Shown piece by piece: positions 47,724-58,348 of a stretch of DNA of 64,000 nt (within the stretch, counting starts at the first letter, position 1; each line of letters starts with the position of its first letter). Origin of the DNA: a bacterium (lineage in GTDB: Bacteria > UBA8248 > JACPRG01 > G963555815); assembly GCA_965249615.1 (NCBI GenBank), contig CBDFMI010000006.1:444132-508131 (forward strand). The letters are read 5' to 3'. The notes beneath the pieces were generated by a model. It was not told the origin of the DNA, did no database searches, and saw only the letters and a program-made list of their open reading frames with translations. A program made the translations under genes and the position numbers.

Positions 47724-48359
47724 ATGGGAGTTCTGGATTACGTCATTCTGGGCATCCTGGGGGCCAACGCCCTCTATGGTTTCCTCAGAGGGATGGTCCG
47801 GGAGGCCCTTTCGTTGGCGGTCTGGGTGGCGAGTTATATGGTGGCGGCCCGGGTTTACGGCTTCGGGGCAGCGTACCTGGGTCGGGTTGCCGGGGACCCC
47901 ATCCTGGCGGGCGGGATCAGCTTTACCACCGTCTTCCTCGTGACCACCCTTGTGATTGGGACACTGGTGGGGTTGATTTATCGACTGACCAGCCGAGGCT
48001 CTCCCTCTTTCCCCAGCCGGTTCATCGGATCTATCTTCGGTTTCGCCCGGGGGTTCCTCGTTGTCTCGGTCCTTCTCCTCTTCTCCAACACCTTCTCCGA
48101 ACGGGCCACCCAGGGAGACCTCCTGAACAGTTCTCCCCTGGCCCCCTATTTGGACATTATGACTGAGTCCATCTCCCTGGCTTTCCCCACCGCGAACCAT
48201 GGGTCTCTGGACAACCGGCTCACCCGGGAACTCAAAGACGTCCGAAAAAATCGAGGTGAGGGGCTCCTCGGAAACCTGGCGAAGGCTATGGAAAGCCGTC
48301 AGGACCCCGAGCGGCTTAAAGAAACTGTGAAGGATTTGTCCCTCGAGGAGCTACAATAG
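47724..48359 (+). CDS. cvpA: CvpA family membrane protein (colicin V production protein)
   Basis: MGVLDYVILGILGANALYGFLRGMVREALSLAVWVASYMVA is the typical CvpA N-terminus; 4 TM. Confidence 0.7.
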   Translation: MGVLDYVILGILGANALYGFLRGMVREALSLAVWVASYMVAARVYGFGAAYLGRVAGDPILAGGISFTTVFLVTTLVIGTLVGLIYRLTSRGSPSFPSRFIGSIFGFARGFLVVSVLLLFSNTFSERATQGDLLNSSPLAPYLDIMTESISLAFPTANHGSLDNRLTRELKDVRKNRGEGLLGNLAKAMESRQDPERLKETVKDLSLEELQ

Positions 48360-48390
48360 GGGGCCTCCTCTCTTCGAGGCCCAATCATTC

Positions 48391-49262
48391 TTGACCCCAC
48401 GCCATCGCTCACGGAGACCCCCCGCCTGGATCCAGGCCCTCGCCCACGACCGGGAGAGCGGCGCGACGGTCTTGGCCCAACGGGCGGCGAAGGGCCTTCT
48501 CAAAGCCCTCAAGAGGCATCAAGGCGACAGCGAGTTCATTGAAGAGATCGCTCGCCTCGGTAGGCAGCTTCAGTTGGCCCAACCGGCCATGGCACCCCTC
48601 TTTCACCTGGCGAACGCGGCCCTTCTCGGCGCCTCGGCAAAAAGGCCTGCTGAAGGGGCCACCCGGTCTGTCGCCAAATTCCTTAAATCCCTCGAGTGGG
48701 CCAAGGGCCAGCTTCTTCGGGTTGCCCTCCCCCTCATTCCGAGGGGGGGGCGTCTTCTGACTCATTCAGCCAGCAGCGCCGTTGAGGCCCTCCTTCGGGA
48801 GGTTGAAGGGGTCTCGGTCCTGTGCACCGAGTCCAGGCCGGGCCATGAGGGCCTGGGGCTTCACCGGCGGCTCTCGCGCGCAGGGGTGCACGTTCGCCTC
48901 GTCCCCGACCTGGCGGCCTTTGAAGCTTTTAAAGAGATGGATCTCTTTCTCGTTGGTGCGGACGCCCTCACGCCCCGGGGCCTGATTCACAAGATAGGGA
49001 CGGCTCCCCTGGCGCGATGGGCGAGAGAGCATGGGGTCCCGGTCTTCACGCTGTGCACGACCCAAAAATTTCTGCCCGAGCGGATGCTGCCAGCCCCGCC
49101 TTTGAGAGTGAGGGGCTCTTTGACCGGACGCCTTGGCGGCATTTGACCTGCGTCGTTACAGAGCGAGGCCCCATGGGGAGAAAGGAGGTGCTTCAAGCGA
49201 TCGCTTCCATCCAGATTGCTCGTGCCTGGAAGACCCTCGCTCGTGAGGAGAGAGAGGGCTGA
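48391..49262 (+). CDS. eIF-2B alpha/beta/delta-like family protein (PF01008), apparently frameshifted near 49064-49090
   Basis: Frame 1 carries ...HGVPVFTLCTTQKF. The conserved C-terminal block ...SPAFESEGLFDRTPWRHLTCVVTERGP (compare NPAFDVTP..LIT.IITE.G) continues in another frame (ORF 49017-49262). The shift lies at or near an A5 run. Confidence 0.5.
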
Positions 49263-49384
49263 GGGTTGAGTGCTGTCCGATGCGCCTGACCCCATCGGGG
49301 TGGCTCCGAAGGGAGGGCCTGCGGTATACTCCCCGCGATTTTCTTAAAAATTAAAAATTCTTCTTTCAAGGAGGAAGGAGGTTC

Positions 49385-50506
49385 ATGCGCATTCTAGTGA
49401 CAGGGGGGGCCGGATTTATCGGCTCCTTCCTGGTGGATGAGCTCATCGGGCGCGGCCATGAGGTCAGAGTGTTCGACGCCCTCCTTCCCCAGGTCCACGG
49501 AGATGGGGGCCGACCCGCCTATCTCAATCCAAAGGCCGAGCTCGTTCACGGTGATGTCCGAGACCGGGAGGCCCTTGGCGCCGCCCTGGAGGGGGTGGAA
49601 TGGGTCTACCACAAGGCGGGGGCGGTGGGGGTTGGGCAGTCCCAGTACGAGATCAAGCATTATGTGGATGTCAATATCGGTGGGACTGCGAACCTCCTGG
49701 ATCTCCTGGTGAGTTCAACGAATCAAGTCCGGGGGCTGGTGGTGGCCGCCTCCATGAGCAGCTACGGGGAGGGGAGCTACCGCTGCGAGGGGCAAAAATC
49801 GTGCGGAGTCATCCGCCCCCCCCTTCGGACGCTTGAGCAGATGGCCAAGAGGGAGTGGGAACCCCTCTGTCCCCATTGTGGTGCTCACCTTCACCCCATC
49901 CCGACCGATGAGGAGGCCGCCTTTCACCCCAACTCCGTCTACGCCATCACGAAGCAGGTCCAGGAGGACCTCGTCGTGAATTTCGGAAGGACCTACGCCC
50001 TTCCGGTCGCCTCCTTTCGGTACTTCAACGTCTACGGGCCCCGCCAGTCTCTCTCCAATCCTTACACCGGGGTGGCCGCCATCTTCCTCAGCCGCTTGAA
50101 GAACGACCAGCCTCCGGTGATCTACGAGGACGGCCGCCAGACCCGGGATTTTGTCTCCGTCCATGACGTGGTTCAGGCCAATCTGAGGGCGCTGGAGCAG
50201 GACTGGAAGGGTCCCCTGGTGCTGAACATCGGAAGCGGTGAGCCCCGGAAAATCTCGGGCATCGCCGAGACCCTCGCCCAAGTGCTCGGAAAAGAAATAG
50301 CGCCCGATGTGACCCAGACCCCCAGGAAGGGTGATGTCCGCCACTGTTTTGCCGATATCAGCCGGGCCCAAAAAGCCCTCGATTTTGTCCCTCAAGTGGA
50401 TTTTGAGACGGGGATGCGAGAGCTTATTGAGTGGTCGAGGGAGGTTGAGGCGGAAGACCGGTTCGACCAGGCCGCGGGGGAACTGAAAGCCCGGGGGCTC
50501 CTATGA
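49385..50506 (+). CDS. NAD-dependent epimerase/dehydratase (extended SDR) with a 4-Cys zinc-ribbon-like insertion
   Basis: ILVTGGAGFIGS...YAITK (YxxxK). Insertion YRCEGQKSCGV...LCPHCGAHL is not present in standard GalE-like enzymes. Confidence 0.75.
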   Translation: MRILVTGGAGFIGSFLVDELIGRGHEVRVFDALLPQVHGDGGRPAYLNPKAELVHGDVRDREALGAALEGVEWVYHKAGAVGVGQSQYEIKHYVDVNIGGTANLLDLLVSSTNQVRGLVVAASMSSYGEGSYRCEGQKSCGVIRPPLRTLEQMAKREWEPLCPHCGAHLHPIPTDEEAAFHPNSVYAITKQVQEDLVVNFGRTYALPVASFRYFNVYGPRQSLSNPYTGVAAIFLSRLKNDQPPVIYEDGRQTRDFVSVHDVVQANLRALEQDWKGPLVLNIGSGEPRKISGIAETLAQVLGKEIAPDVTQTPRKGDVRHCFADISRAQKALDFVPQVDFETGMRELIEWSREVEAEDRFDQAAGELKARGLL

Positions 50507-50524
50507 GGTCTGCCTGACGAAAAG

Positions 50525-51976
50525 CTAGCGGCGGGATCGGCGTCGGCGACGGAGGGTCTGAAGCTTTAGAAGATTAGTAGGACCCCGTTCTGAGAGGGGA
50601 GACCCGCTCAGGATGGCGATGACGTCGCCCTCTTTGGCCTGCTTGTGTCGCAGGAGTCGCTCCTCCACCTGCTCGAAGACCTTTTCGGTGTGATCGCCCA
50701 GGGGCAAGAACTGGGGAGTCACCCCCCAATAGAGGGCCATCCGCTCGAGGATGCGATCATCATGCGTATAGGCCAGGATGGGCACTGCCGGCCGGTTCCT
50801 TGCGACGAAGCGCGCGGTAAGCCCTGACTGTGTAAAGGCGACGATGGCCCGGGCCTTGAGGGCCTGCACGGCATCACAAGCGGCCCGCGTCACCACACTG
50901 GCCGGGGTGACCGCTCCCTCAGGAGCGACGTCCCGCTTCCGTGCAGCGGTCTCAGCCTCCATGATGATCCGGGATATCATCTCTACGGTGTGGACAGGGT
51001 AACGACCGATGGCGGTCTCCCCGGAGAGCATGACAGCGTCCGTCCCATCCAGGATGGCATTGGCCACGTCAGAGGCCTCAGCCCGGGTCGGGCGTGGGTT
51101 TGAGATCATAGAGAAGAGCATTTGGGTGGCCGTGATAACGGGGAGAGCCCTCGCGTTGGCGGCCCGGATGATCTGCTTTTGGACGATGGGCACCTTCTCC
51201 GGGGGCATCTCAACCCCTAGGTCCCCGCGGGCCACCATGACGCCGTCGGCCGCCTCCAAGATGGCCTCCAGGTGCGAGATGGCCTGGGGTTTCTCCAGCT
51301 TGGCGATGAGGGGAATCTTTGACTTTCGGCGGGCGAGGATCCTTCTTGCCGCCTCCAGGTCCGAAGCCCCCCGCACAAAGGACAGGGCGATATAGTCCAC
51401 TTTCTGGCGGATGCCGAATTCAAGGGCCTCACGGTCTTTTCGGGTGAGCGTGGGGACGTTCACTGCGGAGGCCGGGAGGTTGATCCCCTTGTGGTCTCGA
51501 AGGATCCCTCCCTGGTCGATTCGACACCGGACGTCACCTCCGACCACCTTCTTCACCGTCATCTGAATGAGGCCGTCGTCTATCAGAATGAGGTCTCCCG
51601 GGCGCACATCTTTCGCAAGGAGAGGATGGGTGGTGGAGACTCGCTCGGCCGTCCCCAGGATGGGGCGCGGCGTGAGGACGATCTCTCTGCCCCTGATCAA
51701 TTCGACCGCCCCCTCCCGGATGCGGCGGGTGCGGACCTTGGGGCCGGGAAGGTCCTGCAGGATGGCGATAGGTTTTTGGCATTTCTTAGAGGCGGCCCGA
51801 ACCCGTCGGATGGTCTCGGTGTGCTCGGCGAAAGCCCCGTGGGAAAAATTCACTCGTGCGACGTCCATCCCCGCCAGGATGAGCCGATGGATCATCTCCT
51901 TAGAGTGGCTGGCAGGACCGAGTGTGCACACGATCTTGGCGCGCCGGCGGGTTTTGGAATTTCCTGCTGTCTTCAA
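50525..51976 (-). CDS. pyk: Pyruvate kinase
   Basis: KIVCTLGPAS...MDVARVNFSHG...MVARGDLGVE are canonical. Confidence 0.85.
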   Translation of the reverse strand: MKTAGNSKTRRRAKIVCTLGPASHSKEMIHRLILAGMDVARVNFSHGAFAEHTETIRRVRAASKKCQKPIAILQDLPGPKVRTRRIREGAVELIRGREIVLTPRPILGTAERVSTTHPLLAKDVRPGDLILIDDGLIQMTVKKVVGGDVRCRIDQGGILRDHKGINLPASAVNVPTLTRKDREALEFGIRQKVDYIALSFVRGASDLEAARRILARRKSKIPLIAKLEKPQAISHLEAILEAADGVMVARGDLGVEMPPEKVPIVQKQIIRAANARALPVITATQMLFSMISNPRPTRAEASDVANAILDGTDAVMLSGETAIGRYPVHTVEMISRIIMEAETAARKRDVAPEGAVTPASVVTRAACDAVQALKARAIVAFTQSGLTARFVARNRPAVPILAYTHDDRILERMALYWGVTPQFLPLGDHTEKVFEQVEERLLRHKQAKEGDVIAILSGSPLSERGPTNLLKLQTLRRRRRSRR

Positions 51977-52026
51977 TGATTTCCTCCGAAGGTCGGATTC
52001 ACCGCACAGGGCGAGGATAGCATAGG

Positions 52027-53285
52027 GTGGATGATCCGGGAAAACCCAGACGGGCTCAGGCGAAGCCCCCCGGGCGGTTTTTCGACGCGAAAAAGGCCCT
52101 CCCTCACGCCCATCAGATCGCTTCCCCTCGCTTGGTCGGGACGGAGGGAGAGGGGGCCGCCGCGGCCTATCTTCGGCGCACTCTCCTTGAGGCCGGGTGG
52201 CAAGTGAGGGAAGAGGCCTTTGGCCTGGGGACGACGGGCTCGGCCTTCACCTCGTGGGCGCTGGGGGGCTCCAGTCTCCTCTGTCTCGCAGCCAGGGTTT
52301 TCAGCCCCGCCCGCCCCTGGGCTTCAGCCGCCCTGGTGACCGCCTTGGGCTTTTTTGCATTGAAGGCGGGTTCTTTGTGGAGGTCCTTCGCTCGAAGGCA
52401 AGCCCTTCGCGAAGCGCCCAAGGGTCGGGGGTCGAAGAACCTAGTGGCGGAAATGGGGACGAGGGAGAAGGAAGCTCCCCGGCTCATTCTCATGGCCCAC
52501 TACGACTCGAAGGGAACAAGCCAATACCTCACGCATACGAGCCAATCCCTCACGCAACGGCTCCTCCTCTTTCTCACTCTTTCTGCCAGCTTCTTCGCCC
52601 TGTCGGTTTTTTATGTTCTCTCGGCGGTCTCCCTTATCGAGCCTGGTGGCTTGGGTGTGAACCTCCTGACGGCACTCGCACTTCTCCTCACTCTCATCCT
52701 GGCGACCGCTCGGACGGATAATTTATCGCCCGGGGGGTTGGACAACGCCTCCGGGGCCGGAGTTGTCCTCGCCCTGGCCGAGACCCTGGCCTCCAGTCCC
52801 ACCCGGGGTCTTTAGGTGGTTTTGGCCTTGACCGGTGCGGAGGAGTTGGGCCTGTGCGGGGCTTATGCCCTCCTTCGCCAACAGAGACACGAGTGGGACC
52901 CTGGAGAGACCGCTGTTATCAACATCGATACAGTGGGGATTCCGCAAAAACTTCGCCTTTTCGGAGGACCGGGGAAGAGATGGGGGGACCGGGCAAGCAC
53001 GCTCCAGGAGCTCCTTCAAGACGCGGCCCACCAAGAGGGGGTTTCTCTCCGGCGGTTCAGCCTCCTTGGCAGTCTTTTGATGGATCATGTCCCTTTCTCC
53101 GATGCGGCTACCCGGCGGTCGACTTCTCCGTCGTGGCCCGGGCGATTGGTCATGCTCACACACGGAGAGATTCTCCCGATTTGATTGAGGAGGAAGGGCT
53201 TGACGAGGTGGGCCGCGTTATTCTCAGGGCCATTTCGCTCATCGAGGAGACGGCCACAGCCACCTCATCGGCTGACGGGCGTTGA
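52027..53285 (+). pseudogene. M28-family aminopeptidase with internal TM insertion, disrupted by in-frame TAG (52813-52815) and a frameshift near 53100
   Basis: HYDSKG...DNASGAGVVLALAETLASSPTRGL-TAG-VVLALTGAEELGLCG (zinc ligands of M28) is interrupted; C-terminal conserved block ...AVDFSVVARAIGHAHTRRDSPDLIEEEGL is in a different frame. Confidence 0.5.
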
Positions 53286-53347
53286 CTTTCAAGGTCGTAG
53301 TTGGTAGCTTTTATAGGGGTTAGTGAACCTTTTAGGGTCGGTGGATC

Positions 53348-54079
53348 GTGCTTTTTTCCGTTAATCTCGGACAAGATAGCAGCGGTATATGGGGACTTGT
53401 CCTCAGTGCTGGGCCGATGGTCCAGTTCGTCCTTCTCATCCTTCTGGCTTTCTCCGTAGTCTCCTGGGCCATCATCTTTTTAAAGTATCGTCTCATCGGG
53501 AGGGCCCAGACGCAGTCAGAGGGCTTCCTTCAGGCCTTTTGGAGCAACAAGAACCTGGATTCCCTCTATGAGATTTCGTCCGGCCTCCTGGAGAGTCCTC
53601 TGGCTAAAGTGTTTCGGGCGGGCTACCGGGAATTTTCCCGGGTCAACCAGGCAGTCTCCGGCGAATCTGGCGAATCGCAGGAGAACTCCATCGCCGTGGC
53701 GACAGAGCTCTCCGGCGTTGACAATATTCGCCGGGCCCTCGTGAGGGCGCGGAGCCTGGAGTCGAACCGGCTGGAGCGGTCCCTCATCTTTCTCGCCACG
53801 ACGGGGAGCACGGCCCCCTTCGTCGGTCTCTTTGGGACGGTGTGGGGGATCATGAATGCCTTTCGGGGGATCGGTCGCACTGGGGCGGCGAGTCTGGCCG
53901 TGGTGGCCCCAGGGATCAGCGAGGCCTTGATCGCCACGGCCGCTGGCCTGGCGGCGGCCATCCCGGCGGTGGTGGCCTACAACTACTATGTGAATCGCAC
54001 CAGGGCCCTTGGGGAGGAGATGGAGAACTTTTCGTCCGAGTTCCTGAACCTGGTCGAGCGCTACTATTTACGGAGGTGA
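53348..54079 (+). CDS. tolQ: Tol-Pal system protein TolQ (MotA/TolQ/ExbB proton channel)
   Basis: 3-TM MotA/ExbB architecture; first gene of the tolQRAB-pal-cpoB cluster. Confidence 0.75.
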   Translation: MLFSVNLGQDSSGIWGLVLSAGPMVQFVLLILLAFSVVSWAIIFLKYRLIGRAQTQSEGFLQAFWSNKNLDSLYEISSGLLESPLAKVFRAGYREFSRVNQAVSGESGESQENSIAVATELSGVDNIRRALVRARSLESNRLERSLIFLATTGSTAPFVGLFGTVWGIMNAFRGIGRTGAASLAVVAPGISEALIATAAGLAAAIPAVVAYNYYVNRTRALGEEMENFSSEFLNLVERYYLRR

Positions 54080-54085
54080 GGCCTC

Positions 54086-54502
54086 TTGGCCCTCGATTCC
54101 AAACAGGGAAGCGCACTCCACGAGATCAACATGATACCCCTCGTGGACGTCATGCTGGTTCTCCTGATCATCTTTATGGTCACAGCCCCTCTCCTTCAGC
54201 AGGGGGTGGACGTGAGTCTTCCCGCTGTGAACGCCCCTGAGCTTCCCCTCCAGGAAGATCAGTTCGTGGTGACCATTACAAAGGAGCGAAAGGTCTACCT
54301 CAACCGGGCTCCGCTCACCCTCTCCCAGCTCGGGGCCAAGCTTCAGGCCCTCTATCAGGATCGATCCAGAAAAGAGGTCTTTCTCAGGTCCGATAAGGAT
54401 GTCCCCTACGGTTTCGTCGTCGAGGTGATGGGGCTGATCCGAAAGAGCGGGATCGGGCGGGTCGGCATGGTGACCGAAGCGACGACCGTAACTGAGCCAT
54501 GA
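54086..54502 (+). CDS. tolR: Tol-Pal system protein TolR (ExbD/TolR family)
   Basis: INMIPLVDVMLVLLIIFMV single TM plus periplasmic domain; 138 aa. Confidence 0.75.
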   Translation: MALDSKQGSALHEINMIPLVDVMLVLLIIFMVTAPLLQQGVDVSLPAVNAPELPLQEDQFVVTITKERKVYLNRAPLTLSQLGAKLQALYQDRSRKEVFLRSDKDVPYGFVVEVMGLIRKSGIGRVGMVTEATTVTEP

Positions 54503-55335
54503 ATTCTATAGAGATCTCCTCGCGCCAGGCTGGATGGGCCCCCGTGGTAGTCGTCTCAGTGCTGGTTCATGCGGCTATTCTGGGGGGGATCTTGACCCTG
54601 AGCCCATCGTCGGACAAACCCCGGAATTTCTACGCGCCGGCCATGACCGTGAATCTCGTTGGGCCGGGGCCTGCCAGGCCCGCTGCACCGTCCTCCCCTA
54701 GAAAGGTTGAGGCGGCACCGAGGCCTGCCCCTAAGGTGGAACCCAAGAGGACACCTCCACCGAAAGAGACACCAGCGGTTAAGGCGACGCCTGCGCCCAA
54801 GGTGAAAGCTGTGCCCAAGGTGGTGCCCGCACCCAAGCCGAAGCCCCCGGCTGAGGCGAAGGTGGTCGAGCCTACGAAGCCTAAGGAGGAACCTCCTGCC
54901 AAGCAGGAGAGTGTCCCCGAGCCCGAGGAGGCTGAGGTGAAGGCCGGCCTGGAAGAGATCCGGGAGCGGCTTGCCAAGGCGCGGGCCGGAGAGGGAGTAG
55001 AGGGTCCCGGAGGCCCACCCAAGGGGGGTGTCTCCTCGGTCGCCCTGGACCTTCGCCACAGGGCTTATTACAATCAGGTTTGGCAAATCCTCGAGGAGGC
55101 CTGGGTCCTGCCGGGTTCCGCTCGTGCAGAGACCCTTCAGGCGGTTGTCTCCATCGGGCTCGATCCGGCAGGGAAAATTATCGAAGTCAAATTTGAGCGT
55201 CGTTCAGGGAATCGTTATTTCGACGAGTCTGTGGAGCGGGCCCTGGCCAAGGTCGCTCAGTTTCCCACTCCCCCTGAGGCCGCTTCGGGTAGCATCTTTC
55301 GTGTAGGATTGCGCTTCATGCCGAGGGTTCAGTGA
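54499..55335 (+). CDS. tolA: TolA/TonB-family protein (N-terminal TM, Pro/Lys/Ala-rich linker, C-terminal TonB-like domain)
   Basis: ATGA overlap with tolR; domain organisation and cluster context. Confidence 0.6.
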   Translation: MNSIEISSRQAGWAPVVVVSVLVHAAILGGILTLSPSSDKPRNFYAPAMTVNLVGPGPARPAAPSSPRKVEAAPRPAPKVEPKRTPPPKETPAVKATPAPKVKAVPKVVPAPKPKPPAEAKVVEPTKPKEEPPAKQESVPEPEEAEVKAGLEEIRERLAKARAGEGVEGPGGPPKGGVSSVALDLRHRAYYNQVWQILEEAWVLPGSARAETLQAVVSIGLDPAGKIIEVKFERRSGNRYFDESVERALAKVAQFPTPPEAASGSIFRVGLRFMPRVQ

Positions 55336-55384
55336 ATCACATCTCCAGACCCTCGGCTTAATTTCAGACGAAGGGCCAACAGGA

Positions 55385-56707
55385 ATGAAGAATCTCAAAA
55401 TATCCAAGTGGACCCTTTGCCTTGCGGTAGGGGTCTTGCTTGTTTTCGCGGCGGTCCCCTCTCATTCCCAGCCCAAGGTCTATCTGGACATCGGCCCCGG
55501 GGGGGGCAGACAGTTGCCCATCGCCATTCCCCCCTTTAAAAACCTCACCCCCGAGAGTGGAGATGAGGCCCTGGGCTGGAAGCTCGGACAGGTCCTTGCG
55601 GACGACCTCGGGGTCACAGGCCTCTTTCGGATCCTTGATCCGGTCACCTTTCTTGAGGATCCCCTTCAGGGGGGGCTGGAACCCGAGGACATCGACTTTC
55701 GGGATTGGACGGCCATTGGGGCGGAGGCCCTGATTAAGGGGGGATTCCGGGTCGAGGGGGAACAGCTAGAGATAGAGGCCAGGCTCTTTGTGGTGGTCCA
55801 GGGGGCCATGGCGGTCGGAAAAAAGTACACCGTCAAGCTCGACGACTATCGCCAGGTCTCCCACAACTTCGCCAATGAGGTGCTGAAAAGCCTGTCCGGC
55901 GAGTCCGGGATCTTCGACACGCAGATCGCCTTTATCTCGTCCCGCCGGGGAAACAAAGAGATCTTTGTGATGGACTACGACGGTTTTAACGTGAGGCAGC
56001 TGACGCGAAACGGCTCGACCAACCTCAAGCCCGCTTGGTCGCCGGATGGGGCGAGACTCTCCTTCACTTCTTTTCAGCAAGGACAGCCGAGTCTCTACAT
56101 GCTGGAGCTGGCCCAGGCCAAGGTGCAGTCCTTTGGCCTCTCGGCTGAGGTGGCAACCGGCGGCGTCTGGTCGCCGGACGGCTCTCTCATGACAGCCGTC
56201 CTCAGCCGTGCTGGAAACGCAGATCTCTATCTTCTTGACCCCGACGGCCAGATCCTTCGCCGGCTCACCGATCACTTCGCTATTGACGTAGACCCGGCCT
56301 GGTCGCCCGACGGAGAATCCATCGCCTTCACTTCCAACCGTTCGGGCTCCCCCCAGGTCCACCTCATGAAGGTCTCGGGCCAAGAGGTCCAGAGGCTCAC
56401 CTTTGAAGGCAATTACAATTCGGGACCCGCCTGGTCTCCGCGGGGAGACCAGATCGTCTTCTCCAGCCTGGCGAATGGACGTTTTGACATCTTCCTCATC
56501 CATCCCGATGGCAGCGGTCTGCTCCAGCTGACCCGAAATGCTGGCGACAATACGGACCCTGTCTGGTCTCCCGACGGGCGCCTTATCGCTTTTACCTCGA
56601 CTCGGAGCGGGAGAGAGGCCATCTACGTCATGAACACCGTGGGCCAGTTTGTCCGCCGCCTTCAGCCCGGGGAGACGCCCGCCTGGTCCCCTCGAAAAAA
56701 GAGATGA
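55385..56707 (+). CDS. tolB: Tol-Pal system beta-propeller protein TolB
   Basis: Signal peptide plus repeated PAWSPDG beta-propeller blades. Confidence 0.85.
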   Translation: MKNLKISKWTLCLAVGVLLVFAAVPSHSQPKVYLDIGPGGGRQLPIAIPPFKNLTPESGDEALGWKLGQVLADDLGVTGLFRILDPVTFLEDPLQGGLEPEDIDFRDWTAIGAEALIKGGFRVEGEQLEIEARLFVVVQGAMAVGKKYTVKLDDYRQVSHNFANEVLKSLSGESGIFDTQIAFISSRRGNKEIFVMDYDGFNVRQLTRNGSTNLKPAWSPDGARLSFTSFQQGQPSLYMLELAQAKVQSFGLSAEVATGGVWSPDGSLMTAVLSRAGNADLYLLDPDGQILRRLTDHFAIDVDPAWSPDGESIAFTSNRSGSPQVHLMKVSGQEVQRLTFEGNYNSGPAWSPRGDQIVFSSLANGRFDIFLIHPDGSGLLQLTRNAGDNTDPVWSPDGRLIAFTSTRSGREAIYVMNTVGQFVRRLQPGETPAWSPRKKR

Positions 56708-56809
56708 ACATGGAGGGCCGAATAGGATATATTGGGGCGCACCTTTTTTAGGCGATAGATTCGCTGCGGGGGCCTCGAGGGGGTCTTGTGAGAAAGAGGA
56801 GGAAGATAG

Positions 56810-57394
56810 ATGTCCAGAACTTGGCGTAGTCGTGTCCCACTTCTGTCTGTTATTGGTCTGGCTGTCCTTGTGATAGGGTGCCCCAAGGCGCCTCCCGAAG
56901 CGACGCCACCGCCGGCTCATACCCCGCCGCCGAGTGAAGAGGTCCGTCGCCCGGAGCCGCATCGGCCTCCGGTACTGTCCCGGGTCGTTCCGGAAGAGGA
57001 TCGACGGAGGTTGGATCAGGCCCGAAGGGAGCGGGAGTTCCAGCTGGCCCTGTCGAACTTCGAGCGAACGCTCATCCAGTTTGACTTCGACCGATCTGAG
57101 ATCAAAGAGCGGTACAAGGGTGTCCTTCAGCAGAAAGCTGACTTTCTCAGGGCCCATCCCAATATCCGGGTTCAGATTGAAGGGCATGCCGATGAGCGCG
57201 GAACGGTCCAGTACAACCTGGCCCTGGGGGATCGGCGGGCAGAGAGCGCCAAGGCCTTTTTGGCGGCCCTGGGCATCGACGCCAACCGGCTCTCGACCAT
57301 CAGCTTTGGCGAGGAGCGGCCCCTTGACCCGTCTAAGAACGACGTGGCCTACACCAAGAACCGAAGGGCACGCCTTCTCGTGATTGGGCAGTAA
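56810..57394 (+). CDS. pal: Peptidoglycan-associated lipoprotein Pal (OmpA-like)
   Basis: Lipobox (VLVIGC) and OmpA-domain FDFDRSEI...RVQIEGHADERGT.QYNLALGDRRAESAK...NRRARL. Confidence 0.85.
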   Translation: MSRTWRSRVPLLSVIGLAVLVIGCPKAPPEATPPPAHTPPPSEEVRRPEPHRPPVLSRVVPEEDRRRLDQARREREFQLALSNFERTLIQFDFDRSEIKERYKGVLQQKADFLRAHPNIRVQIEGHADERGTVQYNLALGDRRAESAKAFLAALGIDANRLSTISFGEERPLDPSKNDVAYTKNRRARLLVIGQ

Positions 57395-57436
57395 GAGAAG
57401 GGCGTTTTTCGAGCAGACACCGCCGCTGAGGCTTGA

Positions 57437-58348
57437 ATGGTTCGCGCAACTTCATGGCGTCTGGCAGGTGCAGGCTTCTTCCTCCTGCTTGCCGGCTGCA
57501 TACCAATCGAAGAGGCTGAGGTCTTGCAGCGCGATATCAGGCGCCTTCAGGCGGACGTTGCGACCCTGAAGGACACTGAGGGCACAGAGGGGGGAAAGCG
57601 GACGGCCTCGCAAGAGGTGGAGACACTTCAAACGGAACTAAAGCGGTTGCAAGAAACTCAGGCCGATTTGGAGGCAAGGCTTCAGAGCGCGCTTCAGTCG
57701 ACGGCGACAGCCACCGGGGATGTCGAGGAGACCCAGTTCCTGGCCACCAAAACGGCCAGGGAGCTTGAGGAATTGAAGGGGGGCCTGCAAGGGCGTCTGG
57801 AAGCCCTGGAGAGGGACCTCCTCCTGGTCAAGAATAACCTAGGCTTCAGGTCGAGCGTCCCTCCCACAACACCAGCGGAGTCCCTGCCGTTTCCCCCTGT
57901 GGAGGGAGTCCCGCCCATTCTCCGCCTTGTTCCCGATTCGGGTCCAGCGGCTGTTGCCCCGATCCCGCCTCACATGTCTGAAGAAAGACGCCTTTATGAC
58001 GATGCCCTCGAACTGGCCCTGGGGGGCAACCTCTCCGAGGCGCGAAGGGAGCTTGAGGGCTTCCTGAGGCTCTTCCCGAAGTCTGAGTTCGCGGATGACG
58101 CCCAGTACTCCATCGGGGAGACTTACTTCACCGAGAGACGCTACGAAAAAGCGATCCTGGAATTTGACAAGGTCGTCATCAATTATGATACGGGAGACAG
58201 GCTCGCAAGCGCTCTACTCAAGCAGGGTTATGCCTTCCTCGCCCTGGGGGATGAGACCTCCGCAAGGCAACTGCTGACGCAGGTCATCGATCAACATCCT
58301 GACTCCTCCGAGGCGGAAGAGGCTCTGTCAAAGCTGGAAGACCTGTGA
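57437..58348 (+). CDS. cpoB: Tol-Pal system protein YbgF/CpoB (coiled coil plus TPR)
   Basis: N-terminal coiled coil (LQADVATLKD...), C-terminal TPR-like ...AQYSIGETYFTERRYEKAILEFDKVV... Confidence 0.75.
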   Translation: MVRATSWRLAGAGFFLLLAGCIPIEEAEVLQRDIRRLQADVATLKDTEGTEGGKRTASQEVETLQTELKRLQETQADLEARLQSALQSTATATGDVEETQFLATKTARELEELKGGLQGRLEALERDLLLVKNNLGFRSSVPPTTPAESLPFPPVEGVPPILRLVPDSGPAAVAPIPPHMSEERRLYDDALELALGGNLSEARRELEGFLRLFPKSEFADDAQYSIGETYFTERRYEKAILEFDKVVINYDTGDRLASALLKQGYAFLALGDETSARQLLTQVIDQHPDSSEAEEALSKLEDL

